Assembly (NCBI GenBank): GCA_012515395.1
Contig: JAAYYL010000176.1
Span: 3,914 to 67,913 of the forward strand
Source of the DNA: Bacteroidales bacterium
GTDB lineage: Bacteria; Bacteroidota; Bacteroidia; Bacteroidales; UBA932
Reading direction: 5' to 3'
Length of the DNA: 64,000 nt
Positions within the stretch are counted from its first letter, which is position 1. Each line of letters begins with the position of its first letter. A program made the translations under genes and the position numbers. This document shows, piece after piece, positions 48,747 to 57,971 of this stretch. The notes under the pieces are model-generated. The model ran no database searches. It was not told the DNA's origin and saw only the letters and a list, made by a program, of their open reading frames with translations.

Positions 48747-49326
48747 AGAATCCAATTTTAAAAACATGTTCCTGTGCCTGCTGATCATTTGTTTTGGGGG
48801 ATCAGCATTGCTGGGTGGCGTTTACCTGATGACATACCGGCCCATAGCTGATGCACAGACCGCAAAAGTCAACCAGGCACTGGCCGGTGTTTTGCCGGAA
48901 TTTGACAACATTCCTGCTGATGAAGCTTACCGGGTGCAGGTAGATGGCAGATCCGTGACCGTATACCCTGCTACAAAATCCGGAATATTTGCCGGGGCCG
49001 CAGTAGAAGCTGTTACCACAAAAGGTTTCGGGGGGCCCATAACATTGATGGTGGGCTTTAAAGCCGACGGTACTATATATAATACAGCTGTTATTTCTCA
49101 CTCGGAAACCCCGGGACTTGGAGATAAAATGGATCCGAAGAAAAGCGATTTCAGTTTGCAATTCAAGGATAAGAATCCGGAGACTTTTAAACTGGCCGTC
49201 AAAAAAGACGGCGGACAGGTAGATGCTATTACAGCGGCCACAATAAGCTCCCGGGCTTTTTGTGATGCCGTGAGCCTGGCTTACACGGCTTTCAGGCAGG
49301 CTGCTCAGAAAGGAGGTGATCAATGA
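48739..49326 (+). CDS. rnfG: Rnf complex subunit G
   Basis: FMN-binding domain, ITAATISSRA. GTG start. Confidence 0.9.
   Translation: MARESNFKNMFLCLLIICFGGSALLGGVYLMTYRPIADAQTAKVNQALAGVLPEFDNIPADEAYRVQVDGRSVTVYPATKSGIFAGAAVEAVTTKGFGGPITLMVGFKADGTIYNTAVISHSETPGLGDKMDPKKSDFSLQFKDKNPETFKLAVKKDGGQVDAITAATISSRAFCDAVSLAYTAFRQAAQKGGDQ
49312..49316 (+). promoter_or_regulatory. Shine-Dalgarno-like GGAGG(TGAT) before rnfE
   Basis: 6 nt upstream of the ATG at 49323. Confidence 0.6.
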
Positions 49327-49904
49327 ATAAGTTAAGTATTATAACCAAAGGGATCATCAAGGAAAATCCCATTTTTGTATTAGTCCTGGGAATGTGTCCT
49401 ACGCTGGGAACCACAACTTCTGCCTTTAACGGGTTGGGCATGGGACTGGCAACTACTTTTGTGCTGATGTTATCGAACCTGGTAATATCACTCATAGCAG
49501 GGTTTATTCCGGCGAAGGTCAGGATCCCTTCATTTATTGTTGTAATTGCTGTTTTTGTAACGGTTGTTCAACTGGTTATGCAGGCTTATGTGCCTGCCCT
49601 GTATGAAACACTGGGTTTATTTATCCCTCTCATTGTGGTAAATTGTATCGTCTTGGGGCGTGCCGAGGCTTTTGCAAGTAAAAACAAACCGTTGGATTCT
49701 TTTCTGGACGGATTGGGTGCGGGAATTGGTTTTACACTGGGATTAACTGTTCTGGGAACCGTGCGTGAATTATTAGGGTCCGGAGCTTTCTTCGGATGGA
49801 AAATTCTTCCCGGAGATGCCATGCTGGTATTCATTCTTGCTCCCGGAGCATTTATTGCGTTGGGTTATCTTATGGTTCTGTTCAACAAAATAAAGAAGGC
49901 CTAA
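49323..49904 (+). CDS. rnfE: Rnf complex subunit E
   Basis: NPIFVLVLGMCPTL; ATGA overlap with the rnfG stop. Confidence 0.92.
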   Translation: MNKLSIITKGIIKENPIFVLVLGMCPTLGTTTSAFNGLGMGLATTFVLMLSNLVISLIAGFIPAKVRIPSFIVVIAVFVTVVQLVMQAYVPALYETLGLFIPLIVVNCIVLGRAEAFASKNKPLDSFLDGLGAGIGFTLGLTVLGTVRELLGSGAFFGWKILPGDAMLVFILAPGAFIALGYLMVLFNKIKKA

Positions 49905-49908
49905 TATT

Positions 49909-50508
49909 ATGGAATACATTCTGATCATTATATCGGCAGTATTTGTCAACAATATTGTACTGAACCAATTCCTGGGAGTATGTCCGTTTCTGGGTGTCTC
50001 CAATAAAATATCGACTGCCGTGGGAATGGGTGCAGCAGTGGTGTTTGTAATGACACTGGCTACCCTGATTACCTACCTTATACAGAACTATATTCTGGAT
50101 CCGCTGAATATAGGGTTTATGCAGACGGTCACATTTATTCTGGTGATTGCATCTCTTGTCCAGATGGTGGAAATTATACTGAAGAAAATATCACCTGCCC
50201 TTTATCAGGCTCTGGGGATCTTTCTGCCGTTGATAACTACCAATTGTGCCGTATTGGGAGTTGCCATTATTGTGGTGACCAAAGAATTTACTTTTTCCGG
50301 AACGGCAGCCATGCTGAATCTGCCCCAGGCTCTTGTTTATACAGCTTCTATGGCACTGGGCTTCGGACTGGCCCTGGTGATCTTTGCGGGAATGCGTGAA
50401 CAAATGGATCTTGTGGGTATTCCCAAACCCTTCAGGGGCGTTCCAATTGCATTGATAACAGCCGGGATTCTGGCTTTGGCTTTCATGGGGTTTTCGGGAA
50501 TTGTCTGA
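49909..50508 (+). CDS. rnfA: Rnf complex subunit A
   Basis: NNIVLNQFLGVCPFLGVS. Confidence 0.92.
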   Translation: MEYILIIISAVFVNNIVLNQFLGVCPFLGVSNKISTAVGMGAAVVFVMTLATLITYLIQNYILDPLNIGFMQTVTFILVIASLVQMVEIILKKISPALYQALGIFLPLITTNCAVLGVAIIVVTKEFTFSGTAAMLNLPQALVYTASMALGFGLALVIFAGMREQMDLVGIPKPFRGVPIALITAGILALAFMGFSGIV

Positions 50509-50525
50509 TTCAAAAACCTGTTACT

Positions 50526-50756
50526 ATGGAAACTATAGAAGAACTGGAAAAATTTGTCAAAACCCCTGAGGGATCAAGGGATCAGACTTCATGGTACAAA
50601 CTGGGGGATCTTTACCGTAAACATGAAAGATGGGGAGATGCCCTGAATGCTTACGCCAAATGCATGGAGCTGGGAGCCTGTAATGCAGCCAGGGAAGCTT
50701 CAGATGCCATTAAACGCATTCTGAATTACAGGAATCCGGATCATATGAATCCCTGA
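50526..50756 (+). CDS. Small hypothetical protein with one TPR-like helix pair
   Basis: 76 aa; WYKLGDLYRKHERWGDALNAYAKCMEL resembles a single TPR. It starts 17 nt after rnfA. Coding status is not proven. Confidence 0.4.
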   Translation: METIEELEKFVKTPEGSRDQTSWYKLGDLYRKHERWGDALNAYAKCMELGACNAAREASDAIKRILNYRNPDHMNP

Positions 50757-50762
50757 GCTTTA

Positions 50763-51632
50763 TCAGTTCATTAAAACGGAAAACCCGTAATCCATCAGAC
50801 GGGCAGCGTCGTAGTAGCGTAAAAGCGATGAAGGTGCTTTCATTACAACGGCAATAACTCTTTTGTCTGCAAGTTTTGCAGTAGCCGTTATGCACAAGCC
50901 GGCAGCAGAGGTATATCCTGTCTTAAAGCCGTCACATCCGTTGTATGCGTAAGATCGTCCGGGTAATAATCCGTTTGTAGCCCCATAGGTCGTGCCCCTG
51001 AAATTGGTGCTTGTCAATGAGGTAAAATTTAAAATCTCAGGAAATCTGATAATGAATTCCCGTGTCAGAAGTGCCATGGACCTGGGTGTAATCCCGTTCC
51101 CGGAAGACAATCCGGAAGCATCCGTATAATGAGCGTTCAGGCCCAGTGAATCTGCATAGCGATTCATAATGACCGCAAAATCCTGTTCCGTTCCGCCGGA
51201 AATGTATTCTCCCAACGCAACAGCACATGCGTTTGCAGAAACCACGCACAATGCTTTTATCATTTCGTCTACCGAATAGGTAAGGGATTCGTTCAGAGGC
51301 ACGTTGGATTCACCGGGATTGATTGAACGGGAAGCGGCATAATGACTCACCGGTATTTGGGATTGCAGCGACAGGTATCCTTTTTCAATATGATCAAAAA
51401 CGATATACAAAGTCATGACTTTTGTCATACTTGCCGGAACAAGTATATAATCGGGGCTTTCCGAATACAATTCCGTTCCGCTTGCAGCATCTATCACTAT
51501 AGCTCCCTGACAATTGAGGTTTAAAGACACTCCCGGATCACCACCCGGACCGGGTTCAGGCGTTATCTGCTTTCCGCATGATGCAAGGACCAGCAGCAGT
51601 ATCCACAAACCCTTCATTGGTAAAGTTTTCAT
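50763..51632 (-). CDS. D-alanyl-D-alanine carboxypeptidase (peptidase S11)
   Basis: All three motifs are present: SMTK, SGN and KTG. Lipoprotein-type signal (LASCG). Confidence 0.82.
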   Translation of the reverse strand: MKTLPMKGLWILLLVLASCGKQITPEPGPGGDPGVSLNLNCQGAIVIDAASGTELYSESPDYILVPASMTKVMTLYIVFDHIEKGYLSLQSQIPVSHYAASRSINPGESNVPLNESLTYSVDEMIKALCVVSANACAVALGEYISGGTEQDFAVIMNRYADSLGLNAHYTDASGLSSGNGITPRSMALLTREFIIRFPEILNFTSLTSTNFRGTTYGATNGLLPGRSYAYNGCDGFKTGYTSAAGLCITATAKLADKRVIAVVMKAPSSLLRYYDAARLMDYGFSVLMN

Positions 51633-51637
51633 GGAGC

Positions 51638-51645
51638 CAAAGATA
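51638..51645 (-). promoter_or_regulatory. -7 box TATCTTTG (minus strand) for the S11 peptidase gene
   Basis: Ends 5 nt before the ATG at 51632. Confidence 0.45.
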
Positions 51646-51658
51646 TGAAATATAGCGT

Positions 51659-51666
51659 TATATTTG
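51659..51666 (+). promoter_or_regulatory. -7 box TATATTTG for the GH2 gene
   Basis: Ends 4 nt before the ATG at 51671. Confidence 0.45.
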
Positions 51667-51670
51667 TTCT

Positions 51671-53992
51671 ATGAAAAGAATGGTCTTGATACTTTTTTTT
51701 GGGATTATTTCATGCAGTGATCCCTTACTGTACACCAATGAAGATCTCAATACAGGATGGGAATTCTGGTTGGACGGGACTCCTGAAAACATACAGGAAG
51801 TTTTTTTACCGCATACTCCCCGGCTGGAACCTTACCTGGTCAACGACCAATGGCAGGGAATATGCTGGTACAGAAAAAACATAAAGATCCCCGGGGAAAG
51901 ACACGTCCTGGTACGTTTTGAAGGAGCCATGAACGTTGCCGAGGCTTGGGTCAATGGTCATTATGCGGGGAAACACATGGGTGGATACCTTCCTTTTGTC
52001 ATTGATGTTACGGCTATTCTTAAAAAAAACGGAGACAGCTCATCCCGGGCTGAACTGAAAATCCGGCTGGATAATTATGACAATCCGGTTACCGGGCCAA
52101 AACCATTGGAACTGCTGGATTTTAATATGTACGGTGGGCTTTACAGGGAAGCCCGGATCATGTATAAATCCTCTTTGCATATTACCGATGCCATTTTGGA
52201 GAATACGCCTGCAGGCGGAGGAGTTCTGGTTACCTATCCGGCTTTTTCTTCTGAAAAAGTTGTTATGAATGTGCAAACACACATTCGTTATGCCCCGTTG
52301 GCTAATGAAGAACCGGACAGACGGGTTTTTACCGTAAAGCAGACTTTGTATGCCGGAGACAGTGTCGGGGCCGTATCGCAACAGGACTATACTTTGGATA
52401 AAAATTGTTCGTTAACGGTTACGGATACCCTGACTGTTGCAAAACCGTTTCTCTGGAGTCCGGATCATCCGTTTTGCTACGATTTGGTAACCGAGGTGCT
52501 TGAAACAGAGAGAAACGAGAAACAGGTTGTAAAAGACAGCCGGAAGACTACTGTGGGATTACGGCAGGTTGTTTTTAAGGAAAAAGACCTTTACGTAAAC
52601 GGCCAAAAGATGTTTTTAAAGGGTGTTAACCGTCACCAGGAATACCCTTATGTGGGTTATGCGATGCCGGGTAATGCCCAGTGGCGGGATGCCGTAAAGA
52701 TTAAAGAAGCCGGATTTGATGCCGTTCGGTTGTCGCATTACCCCCACTCGCCTGAATTCATGGAGGCCTGTAACCGGTTGGGCTTGTTTGTGTTGGACGC
52801 TATACCGGGATGGCAGTATTTTTCTGAAGATCCTGAATTCCAGTCGCAGGTCATACAAACAGCCAGGGATATGATACGCCGGGATCGCAATTATCCATGT
52901 GTTTTGGCCTGGGAGGTGTCCCTGAATGAATCATGGATGAGTGAGGATTTCATTGACAGGATCATTCAGGCTTCCCGAAGTGAAATGCCTGTTCCTATTT
53001 ATACTGCCGGCTGGCAGGAATACGGTTACGACATTCTTCTTCAGGCCAGGCAACACCGTTTAGATCATTCGCTTGCCCATACCCGCAAACCTTATATTGT
53101 TTCCGAATACGGGGATTGGGAATATTATGCCATGAATGCCGGTTTCTCTCAGGAAAACTGGGAGAACCTGATGCCGCAGGAGCGGTCCAGCCGCCAGTTG
53201 AGGGAATACGGTCAAAAAAGGATGCTCCAGCAAGCCACGAATATCCAGGAAGCACACAACAGCAATTACGGGGTAAATGCATGCGGGGATAATTACTGGG
53301 TTATGTTTGATTACAACAGGGGATATGCAGAAGATCTGGAAGCATCCGGTATCATGTCTTTGGAAAGACTTCCGAAGTTTTCTTATTACTTCTTCCGCTC
53401 ACAAGGTGAGCCGGAGGGTAATCCTTTTGTATATATCGCCGATTACTGGGAAAAACAGGATGTTCCGGACAGGTATGTACGTGTATTCAGCAATGCGGAC
53501 CATGTTGAATTGTGGTTAAACGGGAATCTGGTGGAGAAAAGAATGCCTGACAAGGATGCTTTTTCGGAAAACCTGCCTCATCCACCCTTTACCTTTAAAG
53601 TTCCCGAATATAAGGAGGGATGGCTTAAAGCTGTGGCGTATTCCGCAAGCGGGGTTTGTATTGCGGACAGTGTCCATACTCCGGGAAAACCCGTAGCCTT
53701 GGAATGGTGGCTGGATACCGGCGGGATAGCTCCCGCACCAAATGACCTGCTTTTTGTATATGCTAAAGCAGTTGATGGTCAAGGGAATCCGGTTCCTTCT
53801 GCCAGTGGAGATGTGGTATTTGATCTGGAAGGAAAAGGGATGCGCCTGATTGGAGAAGGGCCCGGAGGGATCCCAATGGAATCGGACCGAATAACTGCAC
53901 CGCTGCGAGCCGGAACAGCATTTGTTTTATTGCGCTTATTACCCCAGTGGGAAGGAGATAATCCGCAAATTTCCGTAACTTTGAAATTATGA
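51671..53992 (+). CDS. Glycoside hydrolase family 2
   Basis: Sugar-binding N-domain. VNRHQEYPYVG, the acid/base region WEVSLNES and the nucleophile region VSEYGDW. Confidence 0.85.
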   Translation: MKRMVLILFFGIISCSDPLLYTNEDLNTGWEFWLDGTPENIQEVFLPHTPRLEPYLVNDQWQGICWYRKNIKIPGERHVLVRFEGAMNVAEAWVNGHYAGKHMGGYLPFVIDVTAILKKNGDSSSRAELKIRLDNYDNPVTGPKPLELLDFNMYGGLYREARIMYKSSLHITDAILENTPAGGGVLVTYPAFSSEKVVMNVQTHIRYAPLANEEPDRRVFTVKQTLYAGDSVGAVSQQDYTLDKNCSLTVTDTLTVAKPFLWSPDHPFCYDLVTEVLETERNEKQVVKDSRKTTVGLRQVVFKEKDLYVNGQKMFLKGVNRHQEYPYVGYAMPGNAQWRDAVKIKEAGFDAVRLSHYPHSPEFMEACNRLGLFVLDAIPGWQYFSEDPEFQSQVIQTARDMIRRDRNYPCVLAWEVSLNESWMSEDFIDRIIQASRSEMPVPIYTAGWQEYGYDILLQARQHRLDHSLAHTRKPYIVSEYGDWEYYAMNAGFSQENWENLMPQERSSRQLREYGQKRMLQQATNIQEAHNSNYGVNACGDNYWVMFDYNRGYAEDLEASGIMSLERLPKFSYYFFRSQGEPEGNPFVYIADYWEKQDVPDRYVRVFSNADHVELWLNGNLVEKRMPDKDAFSENLPHPPFTFKVPEYKEGWLKAVAYSASGVCIADSVHTPGKPVALEWWLDTGGIAPAPNDLLFVYAKAVDGQGNPVPSASGDVVFDLEGKGMRLIGEGPGGIPMESDRITAPLRAGTAFVLLRLLPQWEGDNPQISVTLKL

Positions 53993-54510
53993 AAAAGACA
54001 ATTAAAACATTGTTCCTGGTTTTGGCAACCGGCTTAATGCTTGCTTCCTGCCAGGATTTGGGTCATACGTATACGTATTATTTCGGATCCCGTGCAGAGA
54101 TCTCCTTTAGTGAAGTTACGGCATCTACCACGCCGGGTTTGCGGGAGCTGGCCGAAATGCTTTCCCAGAAGAGCAACGACATCCAGAAAGATTTTCAATT
54201 TGACTGGATGGTTACCGCAGGCGGAAGCACGCAAGATGAAGCCCTGGACAATGCCGTTAATGAAGCTATTGCCGGGTTTACCTCCAGTGTGGTTAATTCC
54301 TTTACATTGGAAATGGATGCTTTTGGCACCGAGTTTGACGCGAAAAAACAGGAATTATCCGAACTTCTTTCCCAGGAAACGGGATCGGTGAAATTTACGG
54401 TACGTCTGTATTTAACAGCCGACAGCGAAGTAACTGCCGTCTACGAAATACCCCTGGCTGTTTCAGAAGCCTTTACTTTTGAGTGTTACGGAAAGAATGA
54501 CACCTATTAA
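53989..54510 (+). CDS. Hypothetical lipoprotein
   Basis: Lipobox LMLASC; ATGA overlap with the GH2 stop. No family recognised. Confidence 0.55.
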   Translation: MKKTIKTLFLVLATGLMLASCQDLGHTYTYYFGSRAEISFSEVTASTTPGLRELAEMLSQKSNDIQKDFQFDWMVTAGGSTQDEALDNAVNEAIAGFTSSVVNSFTLEMDAFGTEFDAKKQELSELLSQETGSVKFTVRLYLTADSEVTAVYEIPLAVSEAFTFECYGKNDTY

Positions 54511-55172
54511 AGAACAGGCAAAATACTGATAATCCGTATGTCTTTAACGGGACGGTCTGCCGGACCTGTTTCCGTGGTAGCTATCTTGTCTATGATATCC
54601 AGTCCTTCAATGACTTCTCCAAACACGGTATAATTGCCGTCCAGTTGGCGGCAGGCAGTTTCGTTATGTACAATATAAAACTGTGAGCCTGAAGATGCTT
54701 TTTCGGGATTGACCGAGTCTGCTGTCCGGGCAGCTGCAATCGCTCCTTTTTTATGTACCAGTTCGGGGACGAACTCAGCCGGGATTGTATATCCGGGGCC
54801 TCCTGAACCAAGACGTTGTCCCGGATCTGCGTTACGTGAAAGGGGGTCACCGCATTGAATCATAAATCCTTCAATAACTCTGTGGAACAAGATGTTATCG
54901 TAAAACCTTTCGGAAGCCAGTTTTACAAAATTATCCCGGTGAAGGGGCGTGTCGCTGTAAAGACGAATGGTCATGGTCCCTTCGGTTGTTTTTAATTCAA
55001 AAACCGGATCCTGAGGAAGGCTGGCAGGATCAAAAGCAGGCGTTTTTATGGTTTGCGCGGGTTCTTCACTTTTAACGGCAGCCTGGTCTTTTGCCTTTTT
55101 ACCTGCGTTGTTGCAGGATCCCATAAACAATGCACTCATACAGATCAGTAAATAAATTGTGGTATTTTTCAT
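54507..55172 (-). CDS. Cyclophilin-type peptidyl-prolyl isomerase (lipoprotein)
   Basis: FHRVIEGFMIQCGDP..GSQFYI. Confidence 0.9.
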   Translation of the reverse strand: MKNTTIYLLICMSALFMGSCNNAGKKAKDQAAVKSEEPAQTIKTPAFDPASLPQDPVFELKTTEGTMTIRLYSDTPLHRDNFVKLASERFYDNILFHRVIEGFMIQCGDPLSRNADPGQRLGSGGPGYTIPAEFVPELVHKKGAIAAARTADSVNPEKASSGSQFYIVHNETACRQLDGNYTVFGEVIEGLDIIDKIATTETGPADRPVKDIRIISILPVL

Positions 55173-55196
55173 AAGACTAAGGTAGTGTTTTTTTTT

Positions 55197-55204
55197 TACA
55201 TTTG
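55197..55204 (+). promoter_or_regulatory. -7 box TACATTTG for dut
   Basis: Ends 6 nt before the ATG at 55211 and is preceded by a T10 run. Confidence 0.4.
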
Positions 55205-55210
55205 TACATT

Positions 55211-55645
55211 ATGAAAGTAAGGATAATCAACCGTTCCCGGTACCCGTTGCCGGAATACGCAACGTCTTTATCGGCAGGAATGGACCTTCGTGCAGATCTG
55301 TCTGATGCTATAGTTTTAAATCCCCTGGAAAGAATTCTTATTCCCACAGGACTTTACATTGCCCTGCCTCCGGGCTACGAAGCTCAGGTCAGACCACGAA
55401 GCGGCATGGCTGTCAAAAAAGGACTCGGGATATTGAACAGTCCGGGAACAATAGATGCGGATTACAGGGGAGAGATCAGGATTATCCTGGTAAATCTTTC
55501 CAATGTTCCGGTAAAGATCGAACCGGGTGAAAGGGTGGCACAAATGATCGTTGCTTCACACGAACGAGTTGAATGGGAGCCTGTGGAAGAACTGGAACAA
55601 ACAGAACGCGGAGAAGGCGGCTTTGGCTCAACGGGAGGTAAATAA
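55211..55645 (+). CDS. dut: dUTP diphosphatase
   Basis: The ATG at 55211. [19 protein letters not shown] and [10 protein letters not shown]. The track start at 55202 is TTG. Confidence 0.95.
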   Translation: MKVRIINRSRYPLPEYATSLSAGMDLRADLSDAIVLNPLERILIPTGLYIALPPGYEAQVRPRSGMAVKKGLGILNSPGTIDADYRGEIRIILVNLSNVPVKIEPGERVAQMIVASHERVEWEPVEELEQTERGEGGFGSTGGK

Positions 55646-55652
55646 TGCAGGT

Positions 55653-56948
55653 ATGAAAGACAAGCTGTATTCATTGTTTTTAAAACACCCCCTTATTTGC
55701 ACAGATACCAGGCAGATTCGTACGGGATGTCTTTTTTTTGCACTTCAGGGGGAACGCTTTGACGGAAATCGTTTTGCCCTCGAAGCACTCGGCAAGGGCG
55801 CTGCGTATGCCGTTGTAGATAATTGTTCCGTAGAGGATCCCCGCTTGATCAGGGTGCCTGATGTTTTGGCTGCTTTGCAGCATCTTTCCCTAACCCATCG
55901 CAACACTTTCAACATTCCCGTGATAGCTCTGACAGGATCTAACGGGAAAACCACTACCAAAGAATTGATCCATGCCGTACTTGCTACACGTTTCCGGGTG
56001 ACGGCAACAAAAGGGAATCTCAACAACCACATAGGAGTGCCGCTCAGTATTCTGGAAATGAACGGAGAAACACAAGCCGGTTTGTTTGAAATGGGGGCCA
56101 GCCATCCCGGAGAAATAGCCTTTCTTACAGAAATGGTCAGGCCGGATGCCGGACTTATCACCAATATTTCCGGAGCGCACATGGAAGGCTTTGAAACAAT
56201 TGAAGGTGTTGAAAAATGCAAAGGAGCCTTGTACGATTACCTGGCTTCTACAGGTGGAGTCGTCTTTTTCAATGCAGATGACCCTTTTTTATCTCATATG
56301 CTGGATCAACGGAAAATAAAAAACAATGTCGTAGCTTATGGTACTAAAAAACAGGGAGTAAAGGCGGAAATTGTTGAGGGTATGCTTCAATTGAAAGTGG
56401 ATGGTTATCCTTTAATAAAAACAAATTTGGCGGGACTTTACAATACACCCAATGTGCTGGCTGCTCTGGCAGTGGGAAATTACTACGGAACCGATCGCCT
56501 GGAAACCGCCAAGGCAGTTGCGTCTTATAAACCGTCCAATCATCGTTCTCAATGGATACAAACATCAAGCAACAAGATTCTTGCTGATGCCTATAATGCG
56601 AATCCCGTGAGTATGGCTTTGTCGCTAGAGAATTTTGATACGGTTAACGGAGCCCGGAAATGTTTGATTCTGGGAGATATGCTGGAATTGGGAGCGGGCT
56701 CACGCAGGGAGCATTTAAAGATCGTAGACCGGGTTGAAAAGATGAACACAGATGAAATTTTCTGGGTAGGGCCTTTGTTTACGGAAGCGGTCCGGGAAAG
56801 AAATGCGGCCGGAATGTGTTTCCCGCATGTAGATGCCCTGATTTCACACCTGGAGAAAGAACCTATGCAGGAATTTGTTATTCTGATCAAAGGATCAAAC
56901 GGAATCCGCCTGACAAAACTTATTGCATCCGGAGTTCTTGGAAAGTGA
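55653..56948 (+). CDS. murF: UDP-N-acetylmuramoyl-tripeptide--D-alanyl-D-alanine ligase
   Basis: The ATG at 55653 gives MKDKLYSLF..; TDTRQI and GSNGKTTTKE. Confidence 0.85.
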   Translation: MKDKLYSLFLKHPLICTDTRQIRTGCLFFALQGERFDGNRFALEALGKGAAYAVVDNCSVEDPRLIRVPDVLAALQHLSLTHRNTFNIPVIALTGSNGKTTTKELIHAVLATRFRVTATKGNLNNHIGVPLSILEMNGETQAGLFEMGASHPGEIAFLTEMVRPDAGLITNISGAHMEGFETIEGVEKCKGALYDYLASTGGVVFFNADDPFLSHMLDQRKIKNNVVAYGTKKQGVKAEIVEGMLQLKVDGYPLIKTNLAGLYNTPNVLAALAVGNYYGTDRLETAKAVASYKPSNHRSQWIQTSSNKILADAYNANPVSMALSLENFDTVNGARKCLILGDMLELGAGSRREHLKIVDRVEKMNTDEIFWVGPLFTEAVRERNAAGMCFPHVDALISHLEKEPMQEFVILIKGSNGIRLTKLIASGVLGK

Positions 56949-57936
56949 TTTTTTTGCCGGACACAAAAAAACGCCAGACTATACTTCCTTTGAACATGAC
57001 AGAACTGAGATCCGGTTTTTTCCCGCCGGGACGTGACATGTGTGGGCACATTGTCCAGAAATGCAAGTGTGCTTTGTAAACAGATTGTGTGAACTTGTAT
57101 TTTCCCTGGAAAAAATAAGCGATAGCCGAAAGATGATCTGCCAGTATACGGATAAACAATACCGGGAACCTTTCCCATCGGCCCAGGTTCTTGTACATCA
57201 TTAAAAGGTTGTTCCGGTAATTCAGGTAAAGTTTGCGGGGTGAGTCATTGGGAAGTGTGCCGCCTCCTACATGCAATATCTTTGAGTCCGGTACAACGCG
57301 TACAGAATAACCTGCCCAATGAGCGCGCCAACAAAAATCGATCTCTTCCATGTGCGCAAAAAAATAATTGTCCAATCCGCCCAGCTCGTGAAACAGATTT
57401 GCCCTGACAACCATACATGTCCCGCTGGCCCAAAAAACATTTATGGGTTGATCGTATTGTCCGTTGTCTTTTTCCAGGAGAGTCAGAATGCGGCCCCGGC
57501 AAAACGGGAATCCCAGACGGTCAATAAAACCACCGCAAGCTCCGGCATATTCGAATGTTTGGGGATTTGCGCGGGACAGGATTTTTGGCATACACACGCC
57601 ACATTCGGGACTGAGGTCCATTTCCCGGACAAGTGGAGTCAGCCAGCCCGGTGTGACTTCCACATCGGAATTCAGCAGTATATAGTAGGTGGCATCTATT
57701 TGTTTCAGGGCCTGGTTGTATCCTCCGGTGTACCCCAGGTTGCTTTGAAAGACAATAAGCGGAAGGTCAGGAAAATTTTCAGTGAGCCAAGGCACCGAAC
57801 CATCAGTGGATCCGTTATCTGCCACAAATATTTGGGCACATGGTTCCGGAGTTCTTTCCAACAACAAAGGCAGGAACTGTTCCAGGAAGTGTTTGCCGTT
57901 CCAGTTCAGGATCACTATGGCCACTTTCGGCTTCAT
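56920..57936 (-). CDS. Family 2 glycosyltransferase
   Basis: VAIVILNWNG..ADNGSTDGS..NSD (GT2 DxD region). Confidence 0.8.
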   Translation of the reverse strand: MKPKVAIVILNWNGKHFLEQFLPLLLERTPEPCAQIFVADNGSTDGSVPWLTENFPDLPLIVFQSNLGYTGGYNQALKQIDATYYILLNSDVEVTPGWLTPLVREMDLSPECGVCMPKILSRANPQTFEYAGACGGFIDRLGFPFCRGRILTLLEKDNGQYDQPINVFWASGTCMVVRANLFHELGGLDNYFFAHMEEIDFCWRAHWAGYSVRVVPDSKILHVGGGTLPNDSPRKLYLNYRNNLLMMYKNLGRWERFPVLFIRILADHLSAIAYFFQGKYKFTQSVYKAHLHFWTMCPHMSRPGGKKPDLSSVMFKGSIVWRFFVSGKKITFQELRMQ

Positions 57937-57940
57937 AAGA

Positions 57941-57948
57941 CAAATGTA
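57941..57948 (-). promoter_or_regulatory. -7 box TACATTTG (minus strand) for the GT2 gene
   Basis: Ends 4 nt before the ATG at 57936. Confidence 0.45.
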
Positions 57949-57971
57949 AGTGTTTTTAGTAAATTCGCACC

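Noticed and set aside
45132-50508. The Rnf cluster as a candidate novel system.
   Set aside because: The gene content and order (RseC-like, B, C, D, G, E, A) and all cofactor motifs are canonical for Bacteroidota.
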